A stretch of 56,712 nucleotides of DNA, from the NCBI GenBank assembly GCA_964431915.1, contig CAYSLI010000002.1:89503-146214 (forward strand), in the 5' to 3' direction. This document shows, piece after piece, positions 46,329 to 54,892 of the stretch (the first letter of the stretch is position 1; each line of letters starts with the position of its first letter). Both the position numbers and the translations under genes were made by a program. This DNA is from an uncultured Candidatus Saccharibacteria bacterium. GTDB lineage: Bacteria > Patescibacteriota > Minisyncoccia > Minisyncoccales > CAZKCU01. The notes under the pieces are model-generated. The model was not told where the DNA came from. It did not search any database and worked only from the letters and a program-made list of their open reading frames with translations.

Positions 46329-47672
46329 ATGAAACTGCGTATTTCAAAATTAATTTTATTATCAATTTTAATTTTGGCTTTTGTCTTGCCGAATTTTCGG
46401 AGTTTGGCTCAGACTCCTACTGAAGAAAGAGAGGCCCTTGAGCAGGAACTTAAAGAGTTAGAAGAGAAGATCGCTCAATACGAAAAAGATATTACAAAGA
46501 CCGAACAAGAAAAGAAAACTCTTCAAAATCAAATTTATTCTTTAAGAAAAAGAATTGAGCAATTAGACTTTCAAATTCGCCAGAGCAATTTAACGATTAG
46601 AGACCTTGGTTTTCAAATCAAAGATACCGAGAGCTCAATTGAAGAAACCTCTTTAGAAATTGAAGACTTAAAGCAAAAACTTGCCAATATTTTAAGAGTT
46701 ATTTACGAAGAGAACCAGAAATCTCTTATCGAAATTTTAGTTTCCGAACCCAAACTCTCCAATTTTTTTGATAATTTAATAGCTTTGGAGGCTTTAAGTT
46801 CTAAAAACCAGGAGCTTCTTGAAAATATCAAAACTTTAAAATCTGACCTCGGGGAGCAAAAGCAATCCTTGGGAGAAGAAAAAGAAGACACGGAAAGAGT
46901 GTCTAAAATTCAAGCCCTTCAGAAACAAAAAAGCGAAGCGATAAAAAAAGACCAGGAGTATTTTTTAAAATTAACCGAAGAGGAATACCAACGACAATTA
47001 AAAGAAAAGCAAGAAATAGAAAAAAAAGCAGCGGAAATTAGAGCCCGAATTTTTGAATTGGTTGGTGTTCCAAAAGCTCCCAATTTTGGAGAGGCTTTGG
47101 ATGTTGCCAAATATGTAGAAAGGATAACCGGAGTTAGACCAGCTTTCTTGTTAGCTATTTTACAGCAAGAATCAGCCATTGGAAAGAATGTTGGTCAATG
47201 TTATTTAACAAATCCGACTACTGGAGAAGGAACAAGAGTAAGTACTGGAAATATAACACCCCGAACAATGAAACCTACTCGTGATGTCCAACCTTTTTTA
47301 CAAATTACCAAAGAATTAGGTAGAAACCCTTATAAAACTTTAGTTTCCTGTCCGATGAGTTTTGGTTGGGGAGGGGCAATGGGTCCAGCCCAGTTTATTC
47401 CTTCTACCTGGATATTATATAAAGATAGATTACGGAGTATTCTCGGAAAACCGGCAGATCCCTGGAATATCAGAGACGCCTTTTTGGCATCAGGCTTGTA
47501 TTTATCAGATTATGGAGCTAAAACAAAAACCAGAGATGGTGAATGGAAAGCAGCAATGATTTATTTCTCCGGCTCAACAACAAACTCAGCTTTCTATTGG
47601 TACGCAAATAATGTTTTGAAAATAGCCGATGGTTTTGAAAGAGATATTGAGACAATTGAAAAGAGCCGATGA
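46329..47672 (+). CDS. Coiled-coil plus lytic murein transglycosylase (SLT-like) protein
   Basis: Signal peptide, ~200-aa coiled coil, LAILQQES and GAMGPAQFIPSTW. Confidence 0.85.
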   Translation: MKLRISKLILLSILILAFVLPNFRSLAQTPTEEREALEQELKELEEKIAQYEKDITKTEQEKKTLQNQIYSLRKRIEQLDFQIRQSNLTIRDLGFQIKDTESSIEETSLEIEDLKQKLANILRVIYEENQKSLIEILVSEPKLSNFFDNLIALEALSSKNQELLENIKTLKSDLGEQKQSLGEEKEDTERVSKIQALQKQKSEAIKKDQEYFLKLTEEEYQRQLKEKQEIEKKAAEIRARIFELVGVPKAPNFGEALDVAKYVERITGVRPAFLLAILQQESAIGKNVGQCYLTNPTTGEGTRVSTGNITPRTMKPTRDVQPFLQITKELGRNPYKTLVSCPMSFGWGGAMGPAQFIPSTWILYKDRLRSILGKPADPWNIRDAFLASGLYLSDYGAKTKTRDGEWKAAMIYFSGSTTNSAFYWYANNVLKIADGFERDIETIEKSR

Positions 47673-47698
47673 TTTTTTTATGTTGAACCCGTGTATTT

Positions 47699-48451
47699 TT
47701 ATTGAAGGTTTTTCTGTAAAGCTTTAATAGTTGGCTCTAATTTGCCGTTTAAAATTTCCTCAAGGTTATGCCAGCTTTTTTTAATTCGGTGGTCAGTAAC
47801 TCTGTCTTGGGGAAAATTGTAGGTTCTGATTTTTTCTGCTCTTTTTGCCCAACCAATCTGTGAGCGTCTTTTGTCTCCGAGTTTTTCTGATTCCTCAATC
47901 TCTTTTTTCTCCAAGAGCTTGGCTTCTAAAATTGCCATAGCATTTTCTTTATTTTGTAGTTGATTCCTTTCAGTTTGTGAGGTGACGACAAATCCTGTTG
48001 GCAAGTGGGTGATTCTTACGGCAGTTTCACGTTTGTTAACATATTGACCGCCAGGGCCCGAAGCTCTATAAAAATCAATTTTGAGTTCATCGGGTCTTAT
48101 TTTAATTTGGGCAGATTTAGGTTTTGGCAAGACGGCTACTGAAACAGTTGAGGTATGAGTCCTTCCTGATTTTTCTGTTTCGGGAATTCTCTGTACTCGA
48201 TGGACGCCGCCTTCGTACTTCATTTTAGAAAAGACGTTGCTATTTTTTAATTCAAAAATAATTTCTTTAAAACCTCCAAGTCCAGTAGGATGGGAATCCA
48301 AAATTTTTTGTTTTAAGTTTTGTGATTGAGCATATTTTGAATACATTCTAAAAAGGTCGGCGACAAAGAGAGACGCCTCTTTTCCTCCGGTTCCGGCCCT
48401 AATTTCCATAATTACCGATTCTAACTGTTTTGGAGCGTTATCATTGGTCAT
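47699..48451 (-). CDS. prfA: Peptide chain release factor 1, lacking the N-terminal domain
   Basis: EIRAGTGG.EA, EGGVHRVQRIPET (PxT), GPGGQ and IRTYNFPQDRVTDHR. Confidence 0.88.
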   Translation of the reverse strand: MTNDNAPKQLESVIMEIRAGTGGKEASLFVADLFRMYSKYAQSQNLKQKILDSHPTGLGGFKEIIFELKNSNVFSKMKYEGGVHRVQRIPETEKSGRTHTSTVSVAVLPKPKSAQIKIRPDELKIDFYRASGPGGQYVNKRETAVRITHLPTGFVVTSQTERNQLQNKENAMAILEAKLLEKKEIEESEKLGDKRRSQIGWAKRAEKIRTYNFPQDRVTDHRIKKSWHNLEEILNGKLEPTIKALQKNLQ

Positions 48452-48452
48452 A

Positions 48453-48689
48453 TTATTTCCTTTTTTGTTTTTTTGCTTTCGTTTTTTCTTTCTTTGCCAA
48501 TCTCTTTCTGAATTTTTCCACTCTTCCTAGAGTATCAACAATTTTTTCTTTTCCACTATAAAATGGATGACATTTAGAACAAATCTCAACTTCTATAAAT
48601 TCCTTGGTTGCGCCAACAGTAAAAGTATTGCCGCAAGCGCATTGTACACGGGCGTTAGGATAATATTTAGGATGTATGTCTTTTTTCAT
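48453..48689 (-). CDS. rpmE: 50S ribosomal protein L31
   Basis: [13 protein letters not shown] and CSKCHPFY. Confidence 0.97.
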   Translation of the reverse strand: MKKDIHPKYYPNARVQCACGNTFTVGATKEFIEVEICSKCHPFYSGKEKIVDTLGRVEKFRKRLAKKEKTKAKKQKRK

Positions 48690-48710
48690 CGAGTTTTTAC
48701 TTATGGGTCA

Positions 48711-48797
48711 AAGAACATTCTGTTCTTTTCCATCTTCGCTTTTGCTTCGCAAAAGCTCGCTAAACGAAGATAAAGATGAAATCAAAATTTCATCGAC
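48711..48797 (+). repeat. Repeat-family composite copy upstream of rpmE
   Basis: AAGAAC..GTTCTTTTCCATCTTCGC, GCTTTTGC-TTC-GCAAAAGC and GAAGATAAAGATGAAAT..ATTTCATCGAC. Confidence 0.7.
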
Positions 48798-48890
48798 CAT
48801 AATATATTTATATTAACAAGGATCTTATCTTAAATCAAGCCCCGTAGTAGGAATTTGATTTCTATTCTTAAATATGATATATCTAAAAAT

Positions 48891-49616
48891 ATGATAAAAA
48901 CAAAAAAGAAAACAAAAAAGGGGGCGGATTTTAATCTCGACCCTGAGGAAATGGCAGCAGCTGGCCTTCATTTTGGACACCGGAGTTCTAAAGTTCATCC
49001 GAAAATGGAGCCCTATCTTTATGGGGTAAGAAATAATGTCCATATTATTGACCTTGAAAAAACAGCTGAAAAACTTAAAGAAGCTCTAAAATTTATTCAA
49101 GAACTAATTTCTGAAAATAAAATTTTACTTTTGGTAGGGACAAAAATTCAGGTTAAAGATTTAATCGAGAACCTTGCCAAGGATTGTAGTCTTCCTTATG
49201 TTGTAAATAGATGGCTGGGAGGAACTTTTACTAATTTCAAAACTATTTTAAAAAGAATTGAGTATTTCAAAGATTTAGAAAAGAAAAAAGCTGAAGGGGA
49301 ATTGGAAAAATACACAAAAAAAGAAAGAGCCAAAATTGACCAGGAATTAATAAATTCGGAAATTAAATTTGGTGGAATAAAAAATTTAGAAAAATTACCA
49401 GATGCTATTTTCGTTTTGGATATGAAAAAGGACGGCTTAGCAGTGAAAGAGGCAAAAATGAGGGGAATAAAGATTATTGGAATTTCAGACACCAATACCG
49501 ATCCCACTTTAGCTGATTACCCTATTCCGGCGAATGATGATGCAATTTCATCTGTTAAATATATTTTGGAGAAAGTATCCGAAGTTATTAAAAGTACAAA
49601 ATCAAAAGTAAAATAA
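48891..49616 (+). CDS. rpsB: 30S ribosomal protein S2
   Basis: AGLHFGH, HIIDL, RWLGGTFTN and PIPANDDA; start uncertain (48891 preferred). Confidence 0.96.
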   Translation: MIKTKKKTKKGADFNLDPEEMAAAGLHFGHRSSKVHPKMEPYLYGVRNNVHIIDLEKTAEKLKEALKFIQELISENKILLLVGTKIQVKDLIENLAKDCSLPYVVNRWLGGTFTNFKTILKRIEYFKDLEKKKAEGELEKYTKKERAKIDQELINSEIKFGGIKNLEKLPDAIFVLDMKKDGLAVKEAKMRGIKIIGISDTNTDPTLADYPIPANDDAISSVKYILEKVSEVIKSTKSKVK

Positions 49617-49637
49617 ACAATCGCTCGGTAAACTAAT

Positions 49638-50084
49638 ATGGTTTCCATCAGCCAAATTAAAAAATTAAGAGGGGAGACTGGAGTGTCAATCACCGAATGT
49701 AAAAAAGCCTTAGCTGAAGCTAAGGGTGATTCAGTAATGGCAAAAGAAATTTTAAAAAAATGGGGTCAAGATTTTGCAACCAAAAGAGCTCAAAAAAAGG
49801 TAAAAGAGGGAATAATTGAAAGTTATATTCATCAAGGAAAGAGAATTGGGGTAATGGTTGAACTTCATTGCGAGACTGATTTTGTGGCTTCTTGTAATGA
49901 ATTTAAAAAATTGGCCCACGAACTATGTTTGCAAATCGCTGCGATTTCACCTGAAGAAACTTCTCTTTTTTCCCAGCCCTGGATTAAAGATGAGACAAAA
50001 ACTATAAAAGACTTGATTGATGAACATATTTCCAAGCTCGGCGAAAATATCATTATTAAAAGATTTGTCCGATATGAGTTATGA
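49638..50084 (+). CDS. tsf: Elongation factor Ts (short form)
   Basis: LR.ETG.SI.ECKKAL, ELHCETDFVA and LGENIIIKRF. Confidence 0.95.
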   Translation: MVSISQIKKLRGETGVSITECKKALAEAKGDSVMAKEILKKWGQDFATKRAQKKVKEGIIESYIHQGKRIGVMVELHCETDFVASCNEFKKLAHELCLQIAAISPEETSLFSQPWIKDETKTIKDLIDEHISKLGENIIIKRFVRYEL

Positions 50085-50460
50085 AATAGCAGCTATAATA
50101 ATTTTATTTAGCAGTCTGATTGGAATAGGGGTGATTTTATTTCGGAAAATTCCGGTTCTTGCTGAGTTGCCAGACTATAAACCTTCAAATGTTGTTATGT
50201 CTTCTCCGGTTAAATGGTATAAAAACCTGAAAGAAAAAGTTAAAAATATTTCTTTTTTTAAATCATTTTCTTCCGGGGTTTTTCTCCAAAAAATACTCTC
50301 AAAAATAAGAATTTTGAGCCTGAAAGTGGAAAATAAAATAGCTTTCTGGCTCCAAAAATTAAGAGAAAGGTCTCTTAAGAAGAAAAATTTAGAGAATGAC
50401 AATTATTGGGAGGAACTTAAAAAACCAACAAATAAGGAAGATAAAAACTGGCCAGCGTAG
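50074..50460 (+). CDS. Membrane-anchored hypothetical protein
   Basis: N-terminal TM; ATG 50074; stop codon lies inside tRNA-Thr. Confidence 0.7.
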   Translation: MSYEIAAIIILFSSLIGIGVILFRKIPVLAELPDYKPSNVVMSSPVKWYKNLKEKVKNISFFKSFSSGVFLQKILSKIRILSLKVENKIAFWLQKLRERSLKKKNLENDNYWEELKKPTNKEDKNWPA

Positions 50461-50523
50461 CTCAGAGGTAGAGCAACGGTTTTGTAAACCGTGGGTCGAT
50501 GGGTTCGAATCCCTCCGCTGGCT
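50451..50523 (+). tRNA. tRNA-Thr(TGT)
   Basis: GCCAGCG/CGCTGGC acceptor; ACGGT-TT-TGT-AA-ACCGT anticodon arm; T stem has one extra base. Confidence 0.9.
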
Positions 50524-50524
50524 C

Positions 50525-50552
50525 TTGACAAAGACTTTTAAAAAAGTAAAAT
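50525..50552 (+). promoter_or_regulatory. Sigma70-type promoter for the rRNA gene
   Basis: TTGACA-16 nt-TAAAAT. Confidence 0.7.
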
Positions 50553-50733
50553 AAAATTAGAAGAGACAAATTTATGGCTAAAAAGAAAGGAAACTAAAAA
50601 GAAGAAAAAGTGCGGTTGTGAATGAGGAGATTGAAAAATTAGGAAGTCTCTTCCTGATTTTTTACTTAAAGGGAAAGAACCTTGAAAATTAAACCGAGCA
50701 TATAATCTTGTTATGTGCTTGGGTAAATATTAA

Positions 50734-50758
50734 TTAGTTTCTTAGAGTTGTCCCGAAA
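50734..50758 (+). other. 5' arm of the 16S processing stem (pairs with 54146-54170)
   Basis: TTAGTTTCTTAGAGTTGTCCCGAAA is the exact reverse complement of 54146-54170 (25 bp). Confidence 0.9.
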
Positions 50759-50770
50759 AAATTTTATTTT

Positions 50771-50810
<40 letters not shown>

Positions 50811-51272
50811 GATAAGGCATGCAAGTCGTACGGTCGTGCACATAACTTGTTATGTGTACGATAGTGGCGAACGGGTTAGTAACACGTAGATACAAACCCT
50901 ATTCACGAGTATAACTAATCGAAAGATTAGCTAATCCTCGATGGTCCGAGCATATAATTTTATTATGTGCTCGGTAAAGGTTTCTCAAGAAGCCGGAATG
51001 GGATTGGTCTGCGGCCTATCAGCTTGTTGGTGGGGTAATAGCCCACCAAGGCAATGACGGGTAGGGGAGATGAGAGTCTGTTCCCCAACAAGGGCACTGC
51101 GACACGGGCCCTACTCCTACGGGAGGCAGCAGTCGAGAATATTGGGCAATGGGCGAAAGCCTGACCCTGCGACGCCGCGTGCTCGAAGAAGCCCTTCGGG
51201 GTGTAAAGAGCTTTTCTAAGGGAAGAACCTTCGGGTGACGGTACCTTAGGAATAAGGGGGTGCTAACTCTGT

Positions 51273-52118
51273 GGGTCCAAATACGGACTAGGCGCAGAGC
51301 TCTGGTGGCAACATCGGAGGAGAAAATCTCGCTATATGCTGGAAACTCTATTTATGTCCGCTGAATTTCCTGATATTATTAATATAATATTTCAGGACGC
51401 GTAAATAGACAATCAGCAGGAAACTTTTATTAATTGAATAAAAGGCTCCTCAGAGACTACACGCGAGACCCCGCCAATATCTACAAGTTGTGGCGGGTGA
51501 TGATATAGTCCAGTTAAATCGTATGAATGAAGAAACCAAAGCAATCCTTATAGGATTAATCTTAGGTGATGGTTACCTTACTCCATTTATTGGCGCAAGT
51601 AGTCGATCTCGAATGGAGATAAAAGGCGACAATAAAAGTCTATCTTACCTCAAATGGTTACATTCACGATTAGAACCAATGGGGGTTTCGGATTTGAAGC
51701 CTAAGAAGAATTATCATCAGCATCGTTTCTATACCAAAACTACTGAAGAGATAGGAAAATTAAGAAAGTTATTTTATCCCAGAGGACAAAAAACTGTTCC
51801 ACGAAATATTAAAAAACTTCTTAAAAACCCACTCAGTCTAGCGGTTTGGTATCAAGACGATGGCACCTTGGATTGCCGTAGTAAATACCATTACAATGCA
51901 TCATTTGCTACATATTGTTTTTCGTTCAGCGATTGCAAGTTACTTGCAGAAGCATTGAGAGAAAATTTTAATCTTGATGCAAGAGTATGTAAATGTCAGA
52001 TGCGCGGAAAAATACGCTATCGACTTTACATCACTTCCTCAAGCATGAGTCATTTCATAAGTTTAATTAAGTCTTATGTAAATCCATGCTTTGAGTACAA
52101 AATTCGCGAGTTTAACTA
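51273..52118 (+). mobile_element. Group I intron at 16S position 516
   Basis: 5' exon CTCTGT pairs with the IGS GCAGAG (U.G at the splice site); P (ATGCTGGAAA), Q (AATCAGCAGG), R (TCAGAGACTAC) and S (GATATAGTCC) elements; P3 CTCGC/GCGAG. Confidence 0.92.
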
Positions 52119-52119
52119 G
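51523..52119 (+). CDS. Double-motif LAGLIDADG homing endonuclease in P9 of the group I intron
   Basis: LIGLILGDG and LAVWYQDDG motifs; ATG 51523. Confidence 0.92.
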   Translation: MNEETKAILIGLILGDGYLTPFIGASSRSRMEIKGDNKSLSYLKWLHSRLEPMGVSDLKPKKNYHQHRFYTKTTEEIGKLRKLFYPRGQKTVPRNIKKLLKNPLSLAVWYQDDGTLDCRSKYHYNASFATYCFSFSDCKLLAEALRENFNLDARVCKCQMRGKIRYRLYITSSSMSHFISLIKSYVNPCFEYKIREFN

Positions 52120-52993
52120 CCAGCAGCAGCGGTAATACAGAGCCCCCAAGCGTTATCCGGATTTATTGGGCGTAAAGAGTCTGTAGGCGCCCCGTCAGGT
52201 TTTCTGTTAAATCTCTAGGGCTTAACCTTAGAGCTGCAGAAAAAACCGGTGGGGTAGAGGGCGTTAGAGGCTGATGGAACGGTCGGTGTAGGGGTGAAAT
52301 CCGTTGATATCGACCGGAACACCGAAAGCGAAGGCATTCAGCTGGGGCGACCCTGACGCTGAGAGACGAAAGCGTAGGTAGCGACAAGGATTAGATACCC
52401 TTTTAGTCTACGCTGTAAACGATGGACACTGGCTATCTGAAGTGTCGACCCTTCAGGTGGCGAAGCTAACGCGTTAAGTGTCCCGCCTGGGAAGTACGAC
52501 GGCAACGTTAAAACTCAAAGGAATAGACGGGGACTCACACAAGCGGTGGACCATGTGGCTCAATTCGACAACAAACGAGGAACCTTACCAGGGCTTGACA
52601 AGCTAGTGAAAAGTTGAGGAAACTTGACTCTACCCACAAGGACACTAGCCCAGGTGCTGCATGGTTGTCGTCAGCATGTATCTTGAGACGCTCCCTTAAA
52701 TGGGGTAACATGCGCAACCCTTGCCCTATGTTTAATTTGTCATAGGGGACTGCCTTGGATAACAAGGAGGAAGGTGAGGATGACGCCAAATCAGCATGGC
52801 CCTTTGATGCCCTGGGCTGCACACATGGTACAATGGGGCCGACAATGGGTTGCTAAGCGGTAACGCGGAGCTAATCCCATCAAACGGCCTCTCAGTTCGG
52901 ATTAAGGTCTGCAACTCGACCTTATGAAGCTGGAATCGCTAGTAATCGCCAATCAGCTATGTGGCGATGAATATGTTTCTGAGTCTTGTACTC

Positions 52994-53907
52994 GGGCGAC
53001 CGGCAGCTAATTAAATTAGTTGGTTAGAATCCAACTAGAGAAACCGAAGATTCTCTAAAGCGAAATTACAGGTCAAAACCGCGAGGTTTTGGCTGAAGGG
53101 TGAAAGTAGCATTCTTTAGCTTGAATATTCGTTAAGGCATAGTAAGGTGGTAATCCTGCGAGTACATGGAGAAACCAACTTCGGAGAAAACTTTACTGTG
53201 TGTAGAACATCGAGATAAAGAAGAAATGTTTAATTAGTGACCCGGTGATATCTTGTAATTGTTCCCGAGGTAAGCTACAATATAATTGAGGTTAGTTTAC
53301 CTCAGGATAAAAGATAAGAGTAATTTTATTTCTATGCAATTGCAAGAAGTCAGCAGAGCTCATAGTACCCATAAGGGGAAGGAGCGAATTCAATCGATAA
53401 AAAAACTCCATCCGCAATATTTAGCAGGATTTATAGACGGTGAAGGAAGTTTTTCGGTAAGCATTTACAAAGATGAGAAAATGAGAAATAAGATTTTTGT
53501 CCGCCCGGAGTTTGAAATTGAGTTAAGAGCAGACGATCGCGAAATTCTTCAAAGAATTCAAAAAACCTTAGGATGCGGTAAAATCTATGAATGTAATTAT
53601 GAGAGATATGGTTGGTATCCCCATGTAAAATACAAGGTGAGCAGATTAGATGAAATTTCTGAAATTTTAATCCCATTTTTCGAAAAATGGCCGCTTCAAG
53701 CAAAGAAAGCAAAAGTATTCAAGCACTTTAAACGAATAATTAGAAAGAGAATAAATGGAGAGCATCTTACAGAGAGGGGAGTTGAGGAAATTATTAAATT
53801 GCGCGATAAAATTAGAGTTTTAGGTAAAAAACATCGATTGGAAACCGCTAGGATACGGGAAAACCGTTCGTCCAGTGGTGTGGGGCGATGAACTCATCGA
53901 TCCCAAT
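52994..53907 (+). mobile_element. Group II intron at 16S position ~1397
   Basis: 5' GGGCG; EBS1 GAGTAC (53160-65) complements the exon end GTACTC; DIII AAGTCAGCAGAGCTCATAGTA...GAAGGAGCGAA; DV CCGCTAGGATACGG-GAAA-ACCGTTCGTCCAGTGG; DVI with bulged A 8 nt from the terminal AT. Confidence 0.88.
53335..53891 (+). CDS. Single-motif LAGLIDADG homing endonuclease inside the group II intron
   Basis: YLAGFIDGEGSF...FEI...D..IL..IQKTLGCG...PFFEK.PL..KK; start uncertain (first ATG 53335). Confidence 0.9.
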
Positions 53908-54253
53908 ACCGCCCGTCACATTAAGGGAGCCGGCAGTAGCCGAAGTCCCACGCAAGTGGGCCTAAGCTAAAGTCGGTAACAAGAATGAAGTCGTAACAAG
54001 GCATGGGTAGCGGAAGCTGTCCATGGATCACTACATTTTAAATTTTTCTAAATTTAAACTTAGAAAAATTAGTGTTGACTAGAGTTGAAGTCTGGAATTC
54101 GGGTTTTAACTCTAAGGTGTTGGTCTTGGTACCTTAAAGCGAGACTTTCGGGACAACTCTAAGAAACTAACGGCAATGCCAAAATCCGCACTTTTAAAGT
54201 GCGTTTTTTTGTTGAGTTGATTTTTAATTCAATTTCTGCTATATTATTGCTGT

Positions 54254-54730
54254 ATGGCAATTCCTCAAAAAGTAATTAAATTTCTTGAGAAAGCTAAAGT
54301 TAAATATGAACCAGTAAAACACAAGACAGTTTATACTGCCCATGATAAGGCAGCGACTTTAAGGGTTCCGGAAAAAATTGTTGGCAAGACCCTGGTAATG
54401 AAGTTTGACCGAAATGTGGGCTTAGTTTTAATTCCGGCAAACAAGAACCTTGATAAGGTAAAATTTAAAAAAATAGCAAAAGCAAAAAAGGTTGATTTTG
54501 TAAAAGAGGCCTGGATGAAGAAAAATTTGAAAGGAGTAAAAGTTGGAGCAATTCCATCCTTCGGTAATTTGTTTAAATTACCAACTTTTGTTGAGAAGTC
54601 TTTATTAAGAAATCCCAAAATTATTTTAAACTCCGGCGATTATAATTTTTCGATAAAAATTAGCATCATTAATTTCAAGAAATTGATACCCGACCTAATA
54701 ACTGAGAGTTTTGGAAAAGCTAAAAAATAA
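54254..54730 (+). CDS. YbaK/prolyl-tRNA editing family protein
   Basis: H..VYTA.D.A..L......VGKTLV and GAIPSFG. Confidence 0.88.
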   Translation: MAIPQKVIKFLEKAKVKYEPVKHKTVYTAHDKAATLRVPEKIVGKTLVMKFDRNVGLVLIPANKNLDKVKFKKIAKAKKVDFVKEAWMKKNLKGVKVGAIPSFGNLFKLPTFVEKSLLRNPKIILNSGDYNFSIKISIINFKKLIPDLITESFGKAKK

Positions 54731-54733
54731 TTT

Positions 54734-54809
54734 GGGCAGGTAGTTCAGTGGTTAGAACGCTGCTCTGATAAAGCAGAGGTCGGAGGTTCGATTCCTCCTC
54801 TGCCCACCA
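54734..54809 (+). tRNA. tRNA-Ile(GAT)
   Basis: CTGCT-CT-GAT-AA-AGCAG anticodon arm; GGTTCGATTCC T arm; encoded CCA. Confidence 0.97.
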
Positions 54810-54817
54810 GATTCTCT

Positions 54818-54892
54818 GGGCCCTTAGCTCAATGGCAGAGCATCGGTTTTGCATACCGAAGGTTGGGAGTTCAAATCTCCCAGGGTCCACCA
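54818..54892 (+). tRNA. tRNA-Ala(TGC), integration target
   Basis: TCGGT-TT-TGC-AT-ACCGA anticodon arm; G3:U70; encoded CCA. Confidence 0.96.

Noticed and set aside
50573-50612. Tiny Lys-rich ORF-like sequence (MAKKKGN*) in the rRNA leader
   Set aside because: Seven codons of low complexity with no recognisable homology.
52163-52914. Three short ORFs (52163, 52535, 52732)
   Set aside because: They lie within 16S exon sequence.
53886-53901. Group II DVI sequence CGATGAACTCATCGA resembles the repeat sub-element GATGAAC..TTCATCGAC
   Set aside because: Short self-complementary word fully explained by DVI pairing; probably coincidental.
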